A program made the translations under genes and the position numbers. Below the pieces are notes generated by a model, which was not told the DNA's origin, made no database searches, and saw only the letters and a list, made by a program, of their open reading frames with translations. A stretch of DNA of 64,000 bases from an uncultured bacterium (GTDB taxonomy: Bacteria; Verrucomicrobiota; Kiritimatiellia; RFP12; UBA1067): positions 1,201 to 65,200 of the forward strand of contig CADCAK010000016.1 in the NCBI GenBank assembly GCA_902799385.1, written 5' to 3'. Shown piece by piece: positions 35,255 through 44,195 of this stretch. How positions within the stretch are numbered: the stretch's first letter is position 1; the number at the start of each line of letters is the position of its first letter.

Positions 35255-36391
35255 TCATGAAAGGCAGTCGGCGATTCGCTTGAAATCGCCGCTCGCGAGG
35301 CCGGTCCCGCTTGGTAGGCACACTCCGCGCCTGAAAAGCGCTTCCGCGACCTCGCCGCCGAAAACTCGGCACTTGGCGAAGACCGGCTGAAGGTGCAACG
35401 GCTTCCAGACTGGTCTCGCCTCGATGTCGGCTGCCGCGAATCGGCGCAGCAGCCTGTCGCGTTCGCGGATAGAGGCGAGGACGGCGACGGTAAGCCAGTG
35501 GTTCGCGCCGGGAGCGGGGGAAAGCAGGTCGCCCCCGAAGTTCTTTGCGTACCAGTCAAAGTTCTCCCTGCGCTTCTTGAGAATCGCCGGGAGCCTGTCG
35601 AGCTGGGCAAGGCCTATCGCGGCAAGGATGTTGCTCATACGGTAGTTGTACCCGACTTCTCGGTGCTCGTACCAGATACACTTCTCGCGCGACTGCTGGG
35701 AACGCTTTCTCGCGCGCTCGGCGAGGCCGCGGTCGTCGGTCACTATCGCGCCGCCGCCTGACGTCGTGACGATCTTGTTGCCGTTGAAGGAATAGACGCC
35801 GGCAAGCCCTGCAGAGCCGGCGGGGCGACCGGCGCACGTCGCGCCGACGGCCTCCGCCGCGTCGGTGACGAAAACGGCGCCATGTTCACGGCAGAGCCTT
35901 GCAATCGCGCCGTAGTCGCAGCAGTTGCCATATAGATCGACGCCGATGACGAGAGTACGAGGTGCTTTCGCGGCTACGCCGCTGGTGCTTTCGCGACTAC
36001 GTCTCTGGTGCTTGGTGCGAAGCGTCGTCAACGCCTCCTCAAGAAGCGAGACATCGATGTTGCCTGTCGCGTCAGAGTCGATGAAGACAAGTTTCGCGCC
36101 GCGATGGAACGCAGGGCCCACCGTTGCAATGAAAGTCAGCGTCGGCGCGACGACGGTCCACGTCTCGTCAACGCCAAGATCCGCCATCAGAAGGTCTATC
36201 GCCGCAGTCCCGCTCGACACGGCGACGGCGTACTTGCGCCCCGCAAGCTTCGCGAGCCGTCGCTCAAACTCGTCCACCTGCGGACCGCACGGCGCGACAT
36301 ATCCCGAATCGAAAGCCCCCCTTGCCGCCGCGCGCTCGGCCGCGCCGACAAACGGCGGGGAGAGGAATATCCTACTGTTCGTATTCGACAT
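35255..36391 (-). CDS. DegT/DnrJ/EryC1/StrS-family sugar aminotransferase
   Basis: 'FLSPPFVGAAERAAARGAFDSGYVAPCGPQVDEFERRLAKLAGRKYAVAVSSGTAAIDL' and the PLP-lysine region 'SFNGNKIVTTSGGGAIV'. Confidence 0.8.
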   Translation of the reverse strand: MSNTNSRIFLSPPFVGAAERAAARGAFDSGYVAPCGPQVDEFERRLAKLAGRKYAVAVSSGTAAIDLLMADLGVDETWTVVAPTLTFIATVGPAFHRGAKLVFIDSDATGNIDVSLLEEALTTLRTKHQRRSRESTSGVAAKAPRTLVIGVDLYGNCCDYGAIARLCREHGAVFVTDAAEAVGATCAGRPAGSAGLAGVYSFNGNKIVTTSGGGAIVTDDRGLAERARKRSQQSREKCIWYEHREVGYNYRMSNILAAIGLAQLDRLPAILKKRRENFDWYAKNFGGDLLSPAPGANHWLTVAVLASIRERDRLLRRFAAADIEARPVWKPLHLQPVFAKCRVFGGEVAEALFRRGVCLPSGTGLASGDFKRIADCLS

Positions 36392-38132
36392 GCGTGCCTC
36401 CGGTCTCCGCCTTCCTATAGGACTTGGACTTCACGTCGTAGTAGACTATCGACAGCCGCGGCGTCTGCGCCGCGCCGTCGGCGACGAAATAGCGCATCCA
36501 CTCCACGGCCAGCGTGCCGTTTCGCGAACCCCGCCCGATCTCGAAGGCGACGCCTTCGGGCCGCCACGCCTTCGGCAGGTAGCCTCGGCACTCGAGGCGG
36601 TAGGTTATCCTGACGACGTCGTTCGTCCCGACCTTCTTCATGTCGAGGCGTTCGGTCATCCGCAGCCCGTCTGCGATTATCCCGCTGAAGTCGTCGGGCT
36701 GCCCTGCGGTCGGGAGCGGCCTTATGTCGAGGTCTATCGGCGCGGTGTCGACGCTGAAGCTGTTCGAGAACGTGAACGACATGTTGGCGGCCCTCTGCCG
36801 CCCGGTGACCATGCCCGACACCTTGAACGAGAGCCTGCCCTTGAAAGGAACGTCGTAGCGCACCGGTATAGAAAGTCTCTTGACGACATTGGACTGGTTG
36901 GACGAGACGCCGTCCGTCATATTCTCGACGTTGCCGGTCACGGTGAGGCCGAACGTCTCGCTCGGGGCGATCTGCACCTGCCCTATCGACGTGGACTTGG
37001 GCGACTCGAGCGCAATGATGAACGAAAACGGCTCGCCGACCTGGAGTTCGGCGGGCTCGGTGGTGACCGTCGCCTTTATCTCGACCGGCTTCTGCTGCTC
37101 GCCGCCGATCGAGAAGCTCATCGTCTGCGTCTGCATCTGCTGCATGTGCTGCTGCATCTGGCGGCGAGACTCCTCCATCATGCGCTCCATCTCCTCGAAG
37201 ATGCCCTGCCCTTCGGCGGCAGGCACGAGGAAAAGGACGATCGCAATACACGCAAGCGCGCGTATTGCGCGGCCGAGAAGCCAGAAGAGCAGCGTCGCGC
37301 CGACGGCAAGTCCAAGGATGATGCCTGCGCGGCCCATCCACGCGTGCCTGAAGAACGGACGGCCCACCTCGCGCCACACTGGCAGCTCGGCCGCAGCGTT
37401 GTCGAACTTGATCGCACGGGCGGCAACAATGCCGCGCTCGATCTCCGGCGTCTGCCCGACAAGCCACTCAAGGCGAGAGTATATCTTCAGTGCGCGGCGC
37501 CACTGCCCTTCGCGTATCGCGCACGTCGCCTCGTTCATGCGGCCTGCGGGGAACGGGAACGCCGCGAACGCGTCGGCCGTCGGCACGGCGCAGGCCTTGC
37601 GCCACGCAAAGAGCTCGTCGTCGCCGAGCGTAACGCCCGGCTCCGTCGCAAGCTCCGGCGGCTCGGGCATCTTCTCCGCGTCTACCGAAAGCTCCTTGAC
37701 GACGATCTGCTCGCCCGTCCTTGCGTGCACGGGAATCTCGTTCGCCGCCACCTTGCGCACCGCTCCGTCGGGCCCCTCGTACTCGAATTCGAGCGCCGGG
37801 AACCAGAGGACGCCCTCCCGCATCGGGCGGACGCGGTAGGTGAGGGAACGGGCCACGGCGACTTCGCGCGAACCAAAGAACCCGCCTATGCGCTTCGTGT
37901 CGGTCTCGGTCTTTGCGCTAAGGTCGTCCACCTTCCAGTCGTCCCTCGAAACATGCTTCGAAAGCGCCGGGGGATGAAGGGCCGTGAAGTCCGCCTCTCC
38001 AACGAAGTCGATCGTGAGGACGAGCGGGTCGCCTACCTTGGCATTGTTCACGTCGAAGTAGGCGCGGGTCGCAAGATCCCCGCCCGTTACGCCCACAAGG
38101 CGTATAGCGGCAAGAAGGACAATCATGTTCAT
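36372..38132 (-). CDS. BatD-like exported/membrane protein (two BatD-type beta-sandwich regions, central TM segments)
   Basis: 'AYFDVNNAKVGDPLVLTIDFVG' and 'IKATVTTEPAELQVGEPFSFIIALES' resemble BatD repeat starts. TM stretch 'GIILGLAVGATLLFWLLG...LACIAIVLFLVPAA'. Confidence 0.4.
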   Translation of the reverse strand: MNMIVLLAAIRLVGVTGGDLATRAYFDVNNAKVGDPLVLTIDFVGEADFTALHPPALSKHVSRDDWKVDDLSAKTETDTKRIGGFFGSREVAVARSLTYRVRPMREGVLWFPALEFEYEGPDGAVRKVAANEIPVHARTGEQIVVKELSVDAEKMPEPPELATEPGVTLGDDELFAWRKACAVPTADAFAAFPFPAGRMNEATCAIREGQWRRALKIYSRLEWLVGQTPEIERGIVAARAIKFDNAAAELPVWREVGRPFFRHAWMGRAGIILGLAVGATLLFWLLGRAIRALACIAIVLFLVPAAEGQGIFEEMERMMEESRRQMQQHMQQMQTQTMSFSIGGEQQKPVEIKATVTTEPAELQVGEPFSFIIALESPKSTSIGQVQIAPSETFGLTVTGNVENMTDGVSSNQSNVVKRLSIPVRYDVPFKGRLSFKVSGMVTGRQRAANMSFTFSNSFSVDTAPIDLDIRPLPTAGQPDDFSGIIADGLRMTERLDMKKVGTNDVVRITYRLECRGYLPKAWRPEGVAFEIGRGSRNGTLAVEWMRYFVADGAAQTPRLSIVYYDVKSKSYRKAETGGTHVEYEQ

Positions 38133-39028
38133 CGCGACACCACCTTGTACCTTATAACGAGATCCTGCCTACCGAACTCGCGCAGGAAATCCCTGTCGAG
38201 GCCCGCTATGGGGCCGACCGAGCGGACGACGGTGAGCGCCGCCGCATCCGAGACCTTGTCGCCGCATGATTCGCTCAAGCGGCAGTTGACCATCTGCCCA
38301 GACGCGTTGAATCTGACGGCAATTAAAACGTAGCCCTCGTCGCCGATGCGCGGATTAACCTGCGACCACCGCGCGTTGATGGCCATCTGGATTTTCGACA
38401 GGCACAACTGCATGGTGCTCGTCGCAATCTGCGTCGTCTTGCCGGGCTTGTAGCCCTGCCCAAGCAACTTCGCAATCTCCTCCGGAGTGCGCGTCTGCCG
38501 CTCGGTGCGGCCGTTGCCGCTCGGTACGTCGGGAACCTTTATCTTTACGGTCTTCGCGCTGTTGCGCATTCTCTCCATGCGCTCCTTTAGAAGCTCCTCT
38601 TTCGTCTTCTCTGGCTTCTTCGGCTCCTCCTTCTTGGGCGGCTCGGGCTTCTTAGGCTCTTCCTTCTTTGCCTCAGGCTTCTTTTCGGGAGGTTTCTTCT
38701 CGGGCTTTTTCGGCTTTTCCCTCTCCTTCACGACGGCATCGACCTTGGTGTCGACTTTCGGCGGCGGAGGAGGGTGCGTTACGACCTTCGGGGGCTCCGG
38801 CGGCTTTGGCGGAGGGTCGTCGAGCGGCGGCGGCTCGTCCTCGTTGCCGTCGAGATTCTCGTTGACGACGACGGTGAGGTCTATTGGGATGACAGTCTCC
38901 TTCGGCTTGAAATGGATCCTCGCAAAGACGAAGAAGCCAAGGAAGCAGACGACGTGCACGACGAGCGCCAGCGCGACATTCGCCGCGCTCAACACGTCAG
39001 GCCGTTTCTCGTCTATCCAGACTTCCAT
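38129..39028 (-). CDS. TonB/TolA-family energy transducer
   Basis: N-terminal TM anchor, then a Pro/Lys/Glu-rich spacer 'PPPKPPEPPKVVTHPPPPPKV...KKPEKKPPEKKPEAKKEEPKKPEPPKKEEPKKPEK', then a globular C-terminal domain. Confidence 0.65.
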   Translation of the reverse strand: MEVWIDEKRPDVLSAANVALALVVHVVCFLGFFVFARIHFKPKETVIPIDLTVVVNENLDGNEDEPPPLDDPPPKPPEPPKVVTHPPPPPKVDTKVDAVVKEREKPKKPEKKPPEKKPEAKKEEPKKPEPPKKEEPKKPEKTKEELLKERMERMRNSAKTVKIKVPDVPSGNGRTERQTRTPEEIAKLLGQGYKPGKTTQIATSTMQLCLSKIQMAINARWSQVNPRIGDEGYVLIAVRFNASGQMVNCRLSESCGDKVSDAAALTVVRSVGPIAGLDRDFLREFGRQDLVIRYKVVSR

Positions 39029-39091
39029 GCCAGTTTCACCTCGATTGCACTAGGCACCAGCGCCGCATGCGCGCAGGCACCATGCACCATC

Positions 39092-39505
39092 CTATTTCTC
39101 CACGGTCACAAGCGCCATTCTGTGTATCTTGCACTTGTAGACCACCTTGACCACCTTCATCACGTCGCCGTAGGAGTTGCGCTCGTCGCCCCTGACGAGG
39201 ACGGGTACTTCCGGGTCCTCCGCCGCCATGGACATGAGCTCCCGCTCCAGCTCCTCGAGCGTGAGCGGCCTGTCGTTGAGGAATATAACATTGTCCTTGT
39301 CCACCGTGACGGTGTTCGCCTTCTTGTTCTTCGTCGGCAGCTCGTCGGTCTTCGCCTGCGGGAGCATTATCGATATGCCCTGTTCGAGCGCAGGCAGAGT
39401 CACGATGAAAGTGACGAGAAGAAGGAACGTCAGGTCGATCAACGAGTTCATGTCGATCGACGCCTTCGGCTTCTCGCCGCGCAGCCTTCTGCGTCTCCTC
39501 AGCAT
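39092..39505 (-). CDS. ExbD/TolR-family biopolymer transport protein
   Basis: 'IDMNSLIDLTFLLLVTFIVT' followed by 'VLVRGDERNSYGDVMKVV'. Confidence 0.8.
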   Translation of the reverse strand: MLRRRRRLRGEKPKASIDMNSLIDLTFLLLVTFIVTLPALEQGISIMLPQAKTDELPTKNKKANTVTVDKDNVIFLNDRPLTLEELERELMSMAAEDPEVPVLVRGDERNSYGDVMKVVKVVYKCKIHRMALVTVEK

Positions 39506-39506
39506 C

Positions 39507-40229
39507 TCAGGCGCCCCTTCCCTGGAACTCGCACGCGATGCGGCCCATGAGCTCGTCGGCGAAGCCTTCCATCTCGGACCGTATCTGCGTGATCGTCGCG
39601 TTCATGCGTGTGTAGGCCAGGACGCCAGGAATCGCGATGAGAAGGCCGACGACCGTCGTGACGAGTGCGGCCGAGATCGACGGCGCGATAGTCGCGAGGT
39701 TGGCGCTTCCGGCGGTGCCCATTTCGGCGAAGGCGTCGAGAACGCCCCAGACGGTGCCGAGAAGTCCGAGCATGGGCGAGAGCGAGACGACTGAAGCGAT
39801 CACGCCCATGCCGTGGTCGAGGCGTATCTCCTCCTCGTCTAGCGCATGTTCGCACGTGCCACGGACGAGCTCGATCTCGCGCGCGGTCAGCGCGGCCGAG
39901 CCGTTGCCGTCCGTCTGGCGGCCCACGAGAAGGGAACGGACGTCAGGCGTAAGGAGCTTCAGGAGCCGCTCGCATGTGTCCTTGTAGATTCCCTCGACGC
40001 CGGTGGCGACGGACGGACGGCGCTCAAGGTAGTATTCAAGGGCGTCGTGCCCGCTCGTGAAGTCGCGCACGAACCGGCGCGTCGCCATGCGGACGTACGT
40101 AAGCTCCTTCCACTTGCCGAGAATGACGGCGAGCATCACCACGGAGCCGAGGAGCTGGACGGCAACTATCCCCTGTCCCATCAGGTTGGAACCGAGGAAT
40201 CCGTCTACCAACGAGTTTGCGAGTATCAT
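39507..40229 (-). CDS. MotA/TolQ/ExbB proton-channel protein
   Basis: Start at ATG 40229, 3 nt after the rnhC stop. 'LSPMLGLLGTVWGVLDAFAEMG' and 'SAALVTTVVGLLIAIPGVLAY'. Confidence 0.8.
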   Translation of the reverse strand: MILANSLVDGFLGSNLMGQGIVAVQLLGSVVMLAVILGKWKELTYVRMATRRFVRDFTSGHDALEYYLERRPSVATGVEGIYKDTCERLLKLLTPDVRSLLVGRQTDGNGSAALTAREIELVRGTCEHALDEEEIRLDHGMGVIASVVSLSPMLGLLGTVWGVLDAFAEMGTAGSANLATIAPSISAALVTTVVGLLIAIPGVLAYTRMNATITQIRSEMEGFADELMGRIACEFQGRGA

Positions 40230-40231
40230 AT

Positions 40232-41281
40232 CTATGTCTCTTTTCTTGTCTGTTTGAGTTTGTAGTCTGAAATCACCTGTCCCTCCGGCGGCAGGTCGGC
40301 ACGCGATTTGCCGCAGGCGGAAAGAACCTTGTCCGTCGTCTGGAAATGGGCCTTTACGTGGTTCATCAGCCAAACGGGGCCCTCCTTGCCAACCATCTTC
40401 TCCGCAAGCGCACGGACGCGCGGGTCGCTCGACCCGGCCGGCACGTTTTCGCGACCCTCGGCTGGCGGGCCGAAAATCTCATCTCCCATCTTCATGATGT
40501 CGCGGAGGAATATCTCGCGCGCGATCACCGAGGCGGCGGCGACGGCGATGTCGCTCTCGGCCTTGTGCCGCTGCTCGACCTTTACGGCCTTGCCGCGCGT
40601 CTTGAGCGCACGGAGGATTGTCGACTCGGTCGGCGCGAATTGATCGACGACGACGCGAGGGCAGGACTTGCGCTTTTCGAGAAGCTCCTCGATGGCCGTG
40701 CCGTGCGCCCATGCGAGCATGCGGTTGATGTTCTTGATCTTCGAATAGAGCCTGTTGTACGCGGCGGGGCCGAGCTTCACGATGGCGTATCCAGTCGGGC
40801 CGAGAAGCGCGCGGAGCTTCGCACCGGTCGTGAGGACCGACTTGTCGGACATCTGCTTGCAGTCCTTGACGCCCATCTCCTGCATCTTCTCCGAGAGCGC
40901 CTCGTCCGTGTAGGCGCAGCAGACGACGAGCGGCCCGAAGTAGTCGCCCTTCCCCGATTCGTCGCTTCCGGCGTGGGGCGCGACGAGATCGGGGTTCAAG
41001 ATCGTCTCGTAGCCGAGCGTAGCAGCGCCGAGCACATGCGGCTCAAGGACGAAGAGAACGAAGTCCTCGGCCTTCGAGCCCTGTACACAGAGCTTCCGCT
41101 TGCCGTGCTTCTCCTTCTCGTATAGCGTCGCGTTGAAATGGTCGCCTTCAATCGACCAGAGGGAATAGGGGACTTCGCGCTTGCGGTAGTTGCCGTTCAC
41201 CATCACGCCCAGCAGAAGTTCCTGCTGGTCGTTAGTAAGCTCGTAGGTGAAGCTGGTCCTCTTTGTGCTCTCTGCGTCCAT
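40232..41281 (-). CDS. rnhC: ribonuclease HIII
   Basis: N-terminal TBP-like substrate-binding domain ('YSLWSIEGDHFNATLYEKEKHGKRKLCVQG'). Catalytic 'GSDESGKGDYFGPLVVCCAY'. Confidence 0.8.
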   Translation of the reverse strand: MDAESTKRTSFTYELTNDQQELLLGVMVNGNYRKREVPYSLWSIEGDHFNATLYEKEKHGKRKLCVQGSKAEDFVLFVLEPHVLGAATLGYETILNPDLVAPHAGSDESGKGDYFGPLVVCCAYTDEALSEKMQEMGVKDCKQMSDKSVLTTGAKLRALLGPTGYAIVKLGPAAYNRLYSKIKNINRMLAWAHGTAIEELLEKRKSCPRVVVDQFAPTESTILRALKTRGKAVKVEQRHKAESDIAVAAASVIAREIFLRDIMKMGDEIFGPPAEGRENVPAGSSDPRVRALAEKMVGKEGPVWLMNHVKAHFQTTDKVLSACGKSRADLPPEGQVISDYKLKQTRKET

Positions 41282-41289
41282 TTGGGGAT

Positions 41290-41298
41290 ATTATAGCA
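41290..41298 (-). promoter_or_regulatory. extended -10 promoter box TGCTATAAT (minus strand)
   Basis: Intergenic, 8 nt from the rnhC ATG at 41281. Confidence 0.5.
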
Positions 41299-41348
41299 AA
41301 TTTGGCGCAACCAATCGTTGAATTCGCCCGAATTTTCGCATCTGGGCG

Positions 41349-44195
41349 TCAATGCTCGTCATCGCGGGCAAGGCCGTGGAACGGCTCGCCAAGCGCATCG
41401 CGCCTACCGTCCTTCCACACCTTGCGGATGCGGTACTCGTGACGCGAGTGCGACGGCAGTCCCAAATCCTCGTAGCGGGCGACGCGGTAAGCGACGCCAT
41501 CCGGCGCCTCGTTCGTCACGTTCGCGAGAAACTTCCCGTCGCGCCAAAGCTCGTAGTGATCGAAGTCGGGCGACATCTCCGCGCCCCACAGCAAGTACAT
41601 CTGCCCGTCCTTCTCGCCGTGCCCCGCACGCGGCGCGGTGATGAGCCCCGTGTATGCGTAAGCGGAATCGTCCGGCGAACGTGTCTTGAATCGCAGCGAC
41701 GGCGCGTCTATCCTGACTGTCGCATAGCCGAACGGGGCGAGGTCGAACGAGAATCCGTCGAGCTTCAGCACGTCACGCTCGATCACGTTGCAGAGCGTGT
41801 AATCGGCGTCATGCGCAAGGTGCTGGCTCGCAACGACCCGGCACGGACGCCCCTCGCACTCGCGAAAGCGCGCAATAAGCCCGCGTCCGTCCTCGGCGCG
41901 CTTGAGCGTCAGAAGCTGCACGTTCCATGCGGGCGAGTCCACGCTTATGTCATGCCGTGAAAGAGTCATGCTGGACCCATAGTAGTCTTCATCCAGCTCG
42001 TCAAGCGCACGCTCGGCGAATGCCGGAATGTGCGCACTTTGCCAAGTGCCGCTGTATGAAGTAATCGCGTAGCGGAAGCGGAAGTTGAAGCTGTCACCGT
42101 CGGGATTGTGCATCTGGAGCCAGTCCGTGAAGAGATACGGATATATCCCAGAACTCTTCACTGGACCGCCGTAGCACGTCTTGTCGGGATGAATCTCGCC
42201 GAACTCCGTGAGGCACGAGTCGGCCATGACGAGCGCCACGCCGAACTCCCCGTTCTCCACGGCACACCAGTCGCGCACTGCGGTATAGGCATCCGATGTG
42301 AGGCCGCTCTGGTCGCGGATGGGGTCGATCACCGGGCCGTTCAACTGCGCCGCGAAGCGGAACTGCGGCACGGCAAACGGAAAGGCCATGTAGCCAAAAC
42401 GGTCGTAGCGGTTGGTGTTGAATAGGTCTCGAGCGTGGCGGAACGTCGTTTCAAGGACGATCTTCTTCTCGTTAGAGACGAGCCAGACGTGCTGCTCCAT
42501 TGGTGGTGCGGACGGAGACGCCCGACACCCCGACAGCGCGGCAGCGGGGTCTTTTTCCCAAGTCTTGTGGTTGTCGCGCGTGTAGCGGAATTCATTCGCG
42601 GGGCCTTCAAGCAGTTCGCGCTGGAGTTCCTTATCGTAGATCGAATACAGTACACCGTTCGTCACCGCCACGCGATACCAGCGGTTCTCGGTGGTACCAT
42701 CGCGGCATGTCACTACGGAAGGGTTTCCGTTATGAATGATCATTCCCGGAATCGCCCGTTGAATCCAGTCCCGTGCAACATGCTCCGCGCGCTCGATCCA
42801 GTCGCGGTGCTGCATCCATGTCTCGAACACGCGCCGTCCCTTGTAGCCGCTCGTGCCGTAGGAGTGTTCGTCGTTCCAGATGAGCGCGTCCCACGCACGG
42901 CGGAAGTCTTCCGCTGGATGCGGCTCTCCGTTTCTGGCGGACTTGACCGCCGTCAACGTTTCGGCACGCGCAAGCGCCCTGTCTGCCGCAATCTTGCGTG
43001 CAAGAAGCGCTGGCGTGCAGGCGGCGTGCTGGAGCCAGCCGCTCGTCATTTCGCCGCGCACCGTGGGAATCTTGTCGCCCCACTGCGCCTTTACGCGGTC
43101 GAACGGCTCGTCGAGTCTTCCGCATGTCCGGAGCTGCGGCCACTTCCACTTGGCGTTCCATTCCTTGAACAGGTCCGCCTGGCGCATTGACGGCCATTCG
43201 TCGTCCTCGTAGTCGGCGAAAAGCCACACGTCGTAGGGATAGCGCCCTTCCATCCTTTCAAGCTGCCGCGCCATCATCGGCTCGCTTTCCGACATCGGCT
43301 TCATCTTGTTCCATGCGGTGATGATGCCGAAAGGCTCGCCGCCTCGCCCGTAGTGCGGACATGTCCACACGAGCAGACGCGCACCGCCCTGCGGCGCCTC
43401 CCACCAGAACAGCATCGGTATCGCGCTTGCCCAGCGCACGTCGATGCGGCTACCACCGCCGCCTGCGTCGGGGTTGTTCCACTTCCACGGACGGTTCTCG
43501 TCCATCTTCCAGATCGTCGATGGATGCGGGTTCCAGTGGTTGGGGCTGAAGAGGACATGCTCCACGCCCGCGTCGGCGTAGGGCGCGACAATGCTCCACG
43601 ACATCCCCGGGTTGTCCGTCATAAGCATCGTGCGCGTCTTGATTCCCCAGCGGTCTTCAAGCTCCCGTTTGCAGTAGATGCTGCGGCACAATTCTTCGAA
43701 GCCATAGAGGTGCGTATGGTTGCCGGCGCACGACACGCCAACGTCAAGGCGTCCTCGCGCCATCTCGTTCGTGACGAGCGAACGGGCAGCGGCCTCGCCC
43801 TTGTCCTGTGGGTAGTTGCCCCAGAACCACGCGCCCTCGGCGACGTAGCGAAACGCGCCTGGATCGGAGTCGTCGGGATCGGCGGCGACAAGGCGGGACG
43901 CCTCGTCAAGACGCCTCACCGTGCCGTGGCGCTGGATGTACTGCGAGTTGTGCAGGCCAATGTCCGTGTGCGCCGACTTGACGGCATATAGCGTCCACTC
44001 GCGCACTGGCGGCAGGTTCGCCGGAAGCGCGTTCGTGGCGACAAGCTCGAACACGGTATTCGTGCCGACAGTGCGAGAGACGAGCCGCCGCCCGTCGTGC
44101 GTCAGCATGGAGTAGGCCCTTATCGGCGCGACTTCGCCAAAGGACGCAAGCGATAGCGCGGCAAAGACCGCGACGCAGGGCAAAGGCTGCTTCAT
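41349..44195 (-). CDS. large secreted glycoside-hydrolase-like protein (possible GH38-type N-terminal domain, FN3-like C-terminus)
   Basis: Signal 'MKQPLPCVAVFAALSLASFG'. 'YAVKSAHTDIGLHNSQY' resembles the GH38 HxD metal motif. The family assignment is tentative. Confidence 0.35.
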   Translation of the reverse strand: MKQPLPCVAVFAALSLASFGEVAPIRAYSMLTHDGRRLVSRTVGTNTVFELVATNALPANLPPVREWTLYAVKSAHTDIGLHNSQYIQRHGTVRRLDEASRLVAADPDDSDPGAFRYVAEGAWFWGNYPQDKGEAAARSLVTNEMARGRLDVGVSCAGNHTHLYGFEELCRSIYCKRELEDRWGIKTRTMLMTDNPGMSWSIVAPYADAGVEHVLFSPNHWNPHPSTIWKMDENRPWKWNNPDAGGGGSRIDVRWASAIPMLFWWEAPQGGARLLVWTCPHYGRGGEPFGIITAWNKMKPMSESEPMMARQLERMEGRYPYDVWLFADYEDDEWPSMRQADLFKEWNAKWKWPQLRTCGRLDEPFDRVKAQWGDKIPTVRGEMTSGWLQHAACTPALLARKIAADRALARAETLTAVKSARNGEPHPAEDFRRAWDALIWNDEHSYGTSGYKGRRVFETWMQHRDWIERAEHVARDWIQRAIPGMIIHNGNPSVVTCRDGTTENRWYRVAVTNGVLYSIYDKELQRELLEGPANEFRYTRDNHKTWEKDPAAALSGCRASPSAPPMEQHVWLVSNEKKIVLETTFRHARDLFNTNRYDRFGYMAFPFAVPQFRFAAQLNGPVIDPIRDQSGLTSDAYTAVRDWCAVENGEFGVALVMADSCLTEFGEIHPDKTCYGGPVKSSGIYPYLFTDWLQMHNPDGDSFNFRFRYAITSYSGTWQSAHIPAFAERALDELDEDYYGSSMTLSRHDISVDSPAWNVQLLTLKRAEDGRGLIARFRECEGRPCRVVASQHLAHDADYTLCNVIERDVLKLDGFSFDLAPFGYATVRIDAPSLRFKTRSPDDSAYAYTGLITAPRAGHGEKDGQMYLLWGAEMSPDFDHYELWRDGKFLANVTNEAPDGVAYRVARYEDLGLPSHSRHEYRIRKVWKDGRRDALGEPFHGLARDDEH

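Noticed and set aside
35925-38333. 802-aa plus-strand ORF, the longest alternative ORF in the window
   Set aside because: It runs antisense across three minus-strand genes (aminotransferase, BatD-like, TonB-like). It has Arg/Leu/Ala-rich composition and no start context. Shadow ORF.
38560-38840. Repetitive DNA in the TonB-like gene, and similarly at 16560-16720 in the coiled-coil gene
   Set aside because: The periodicity is explained by Pro/Lys/Glu-rich (KKPE / PKPVAP) spacer-peptide coding. It is not an independent repeat element.
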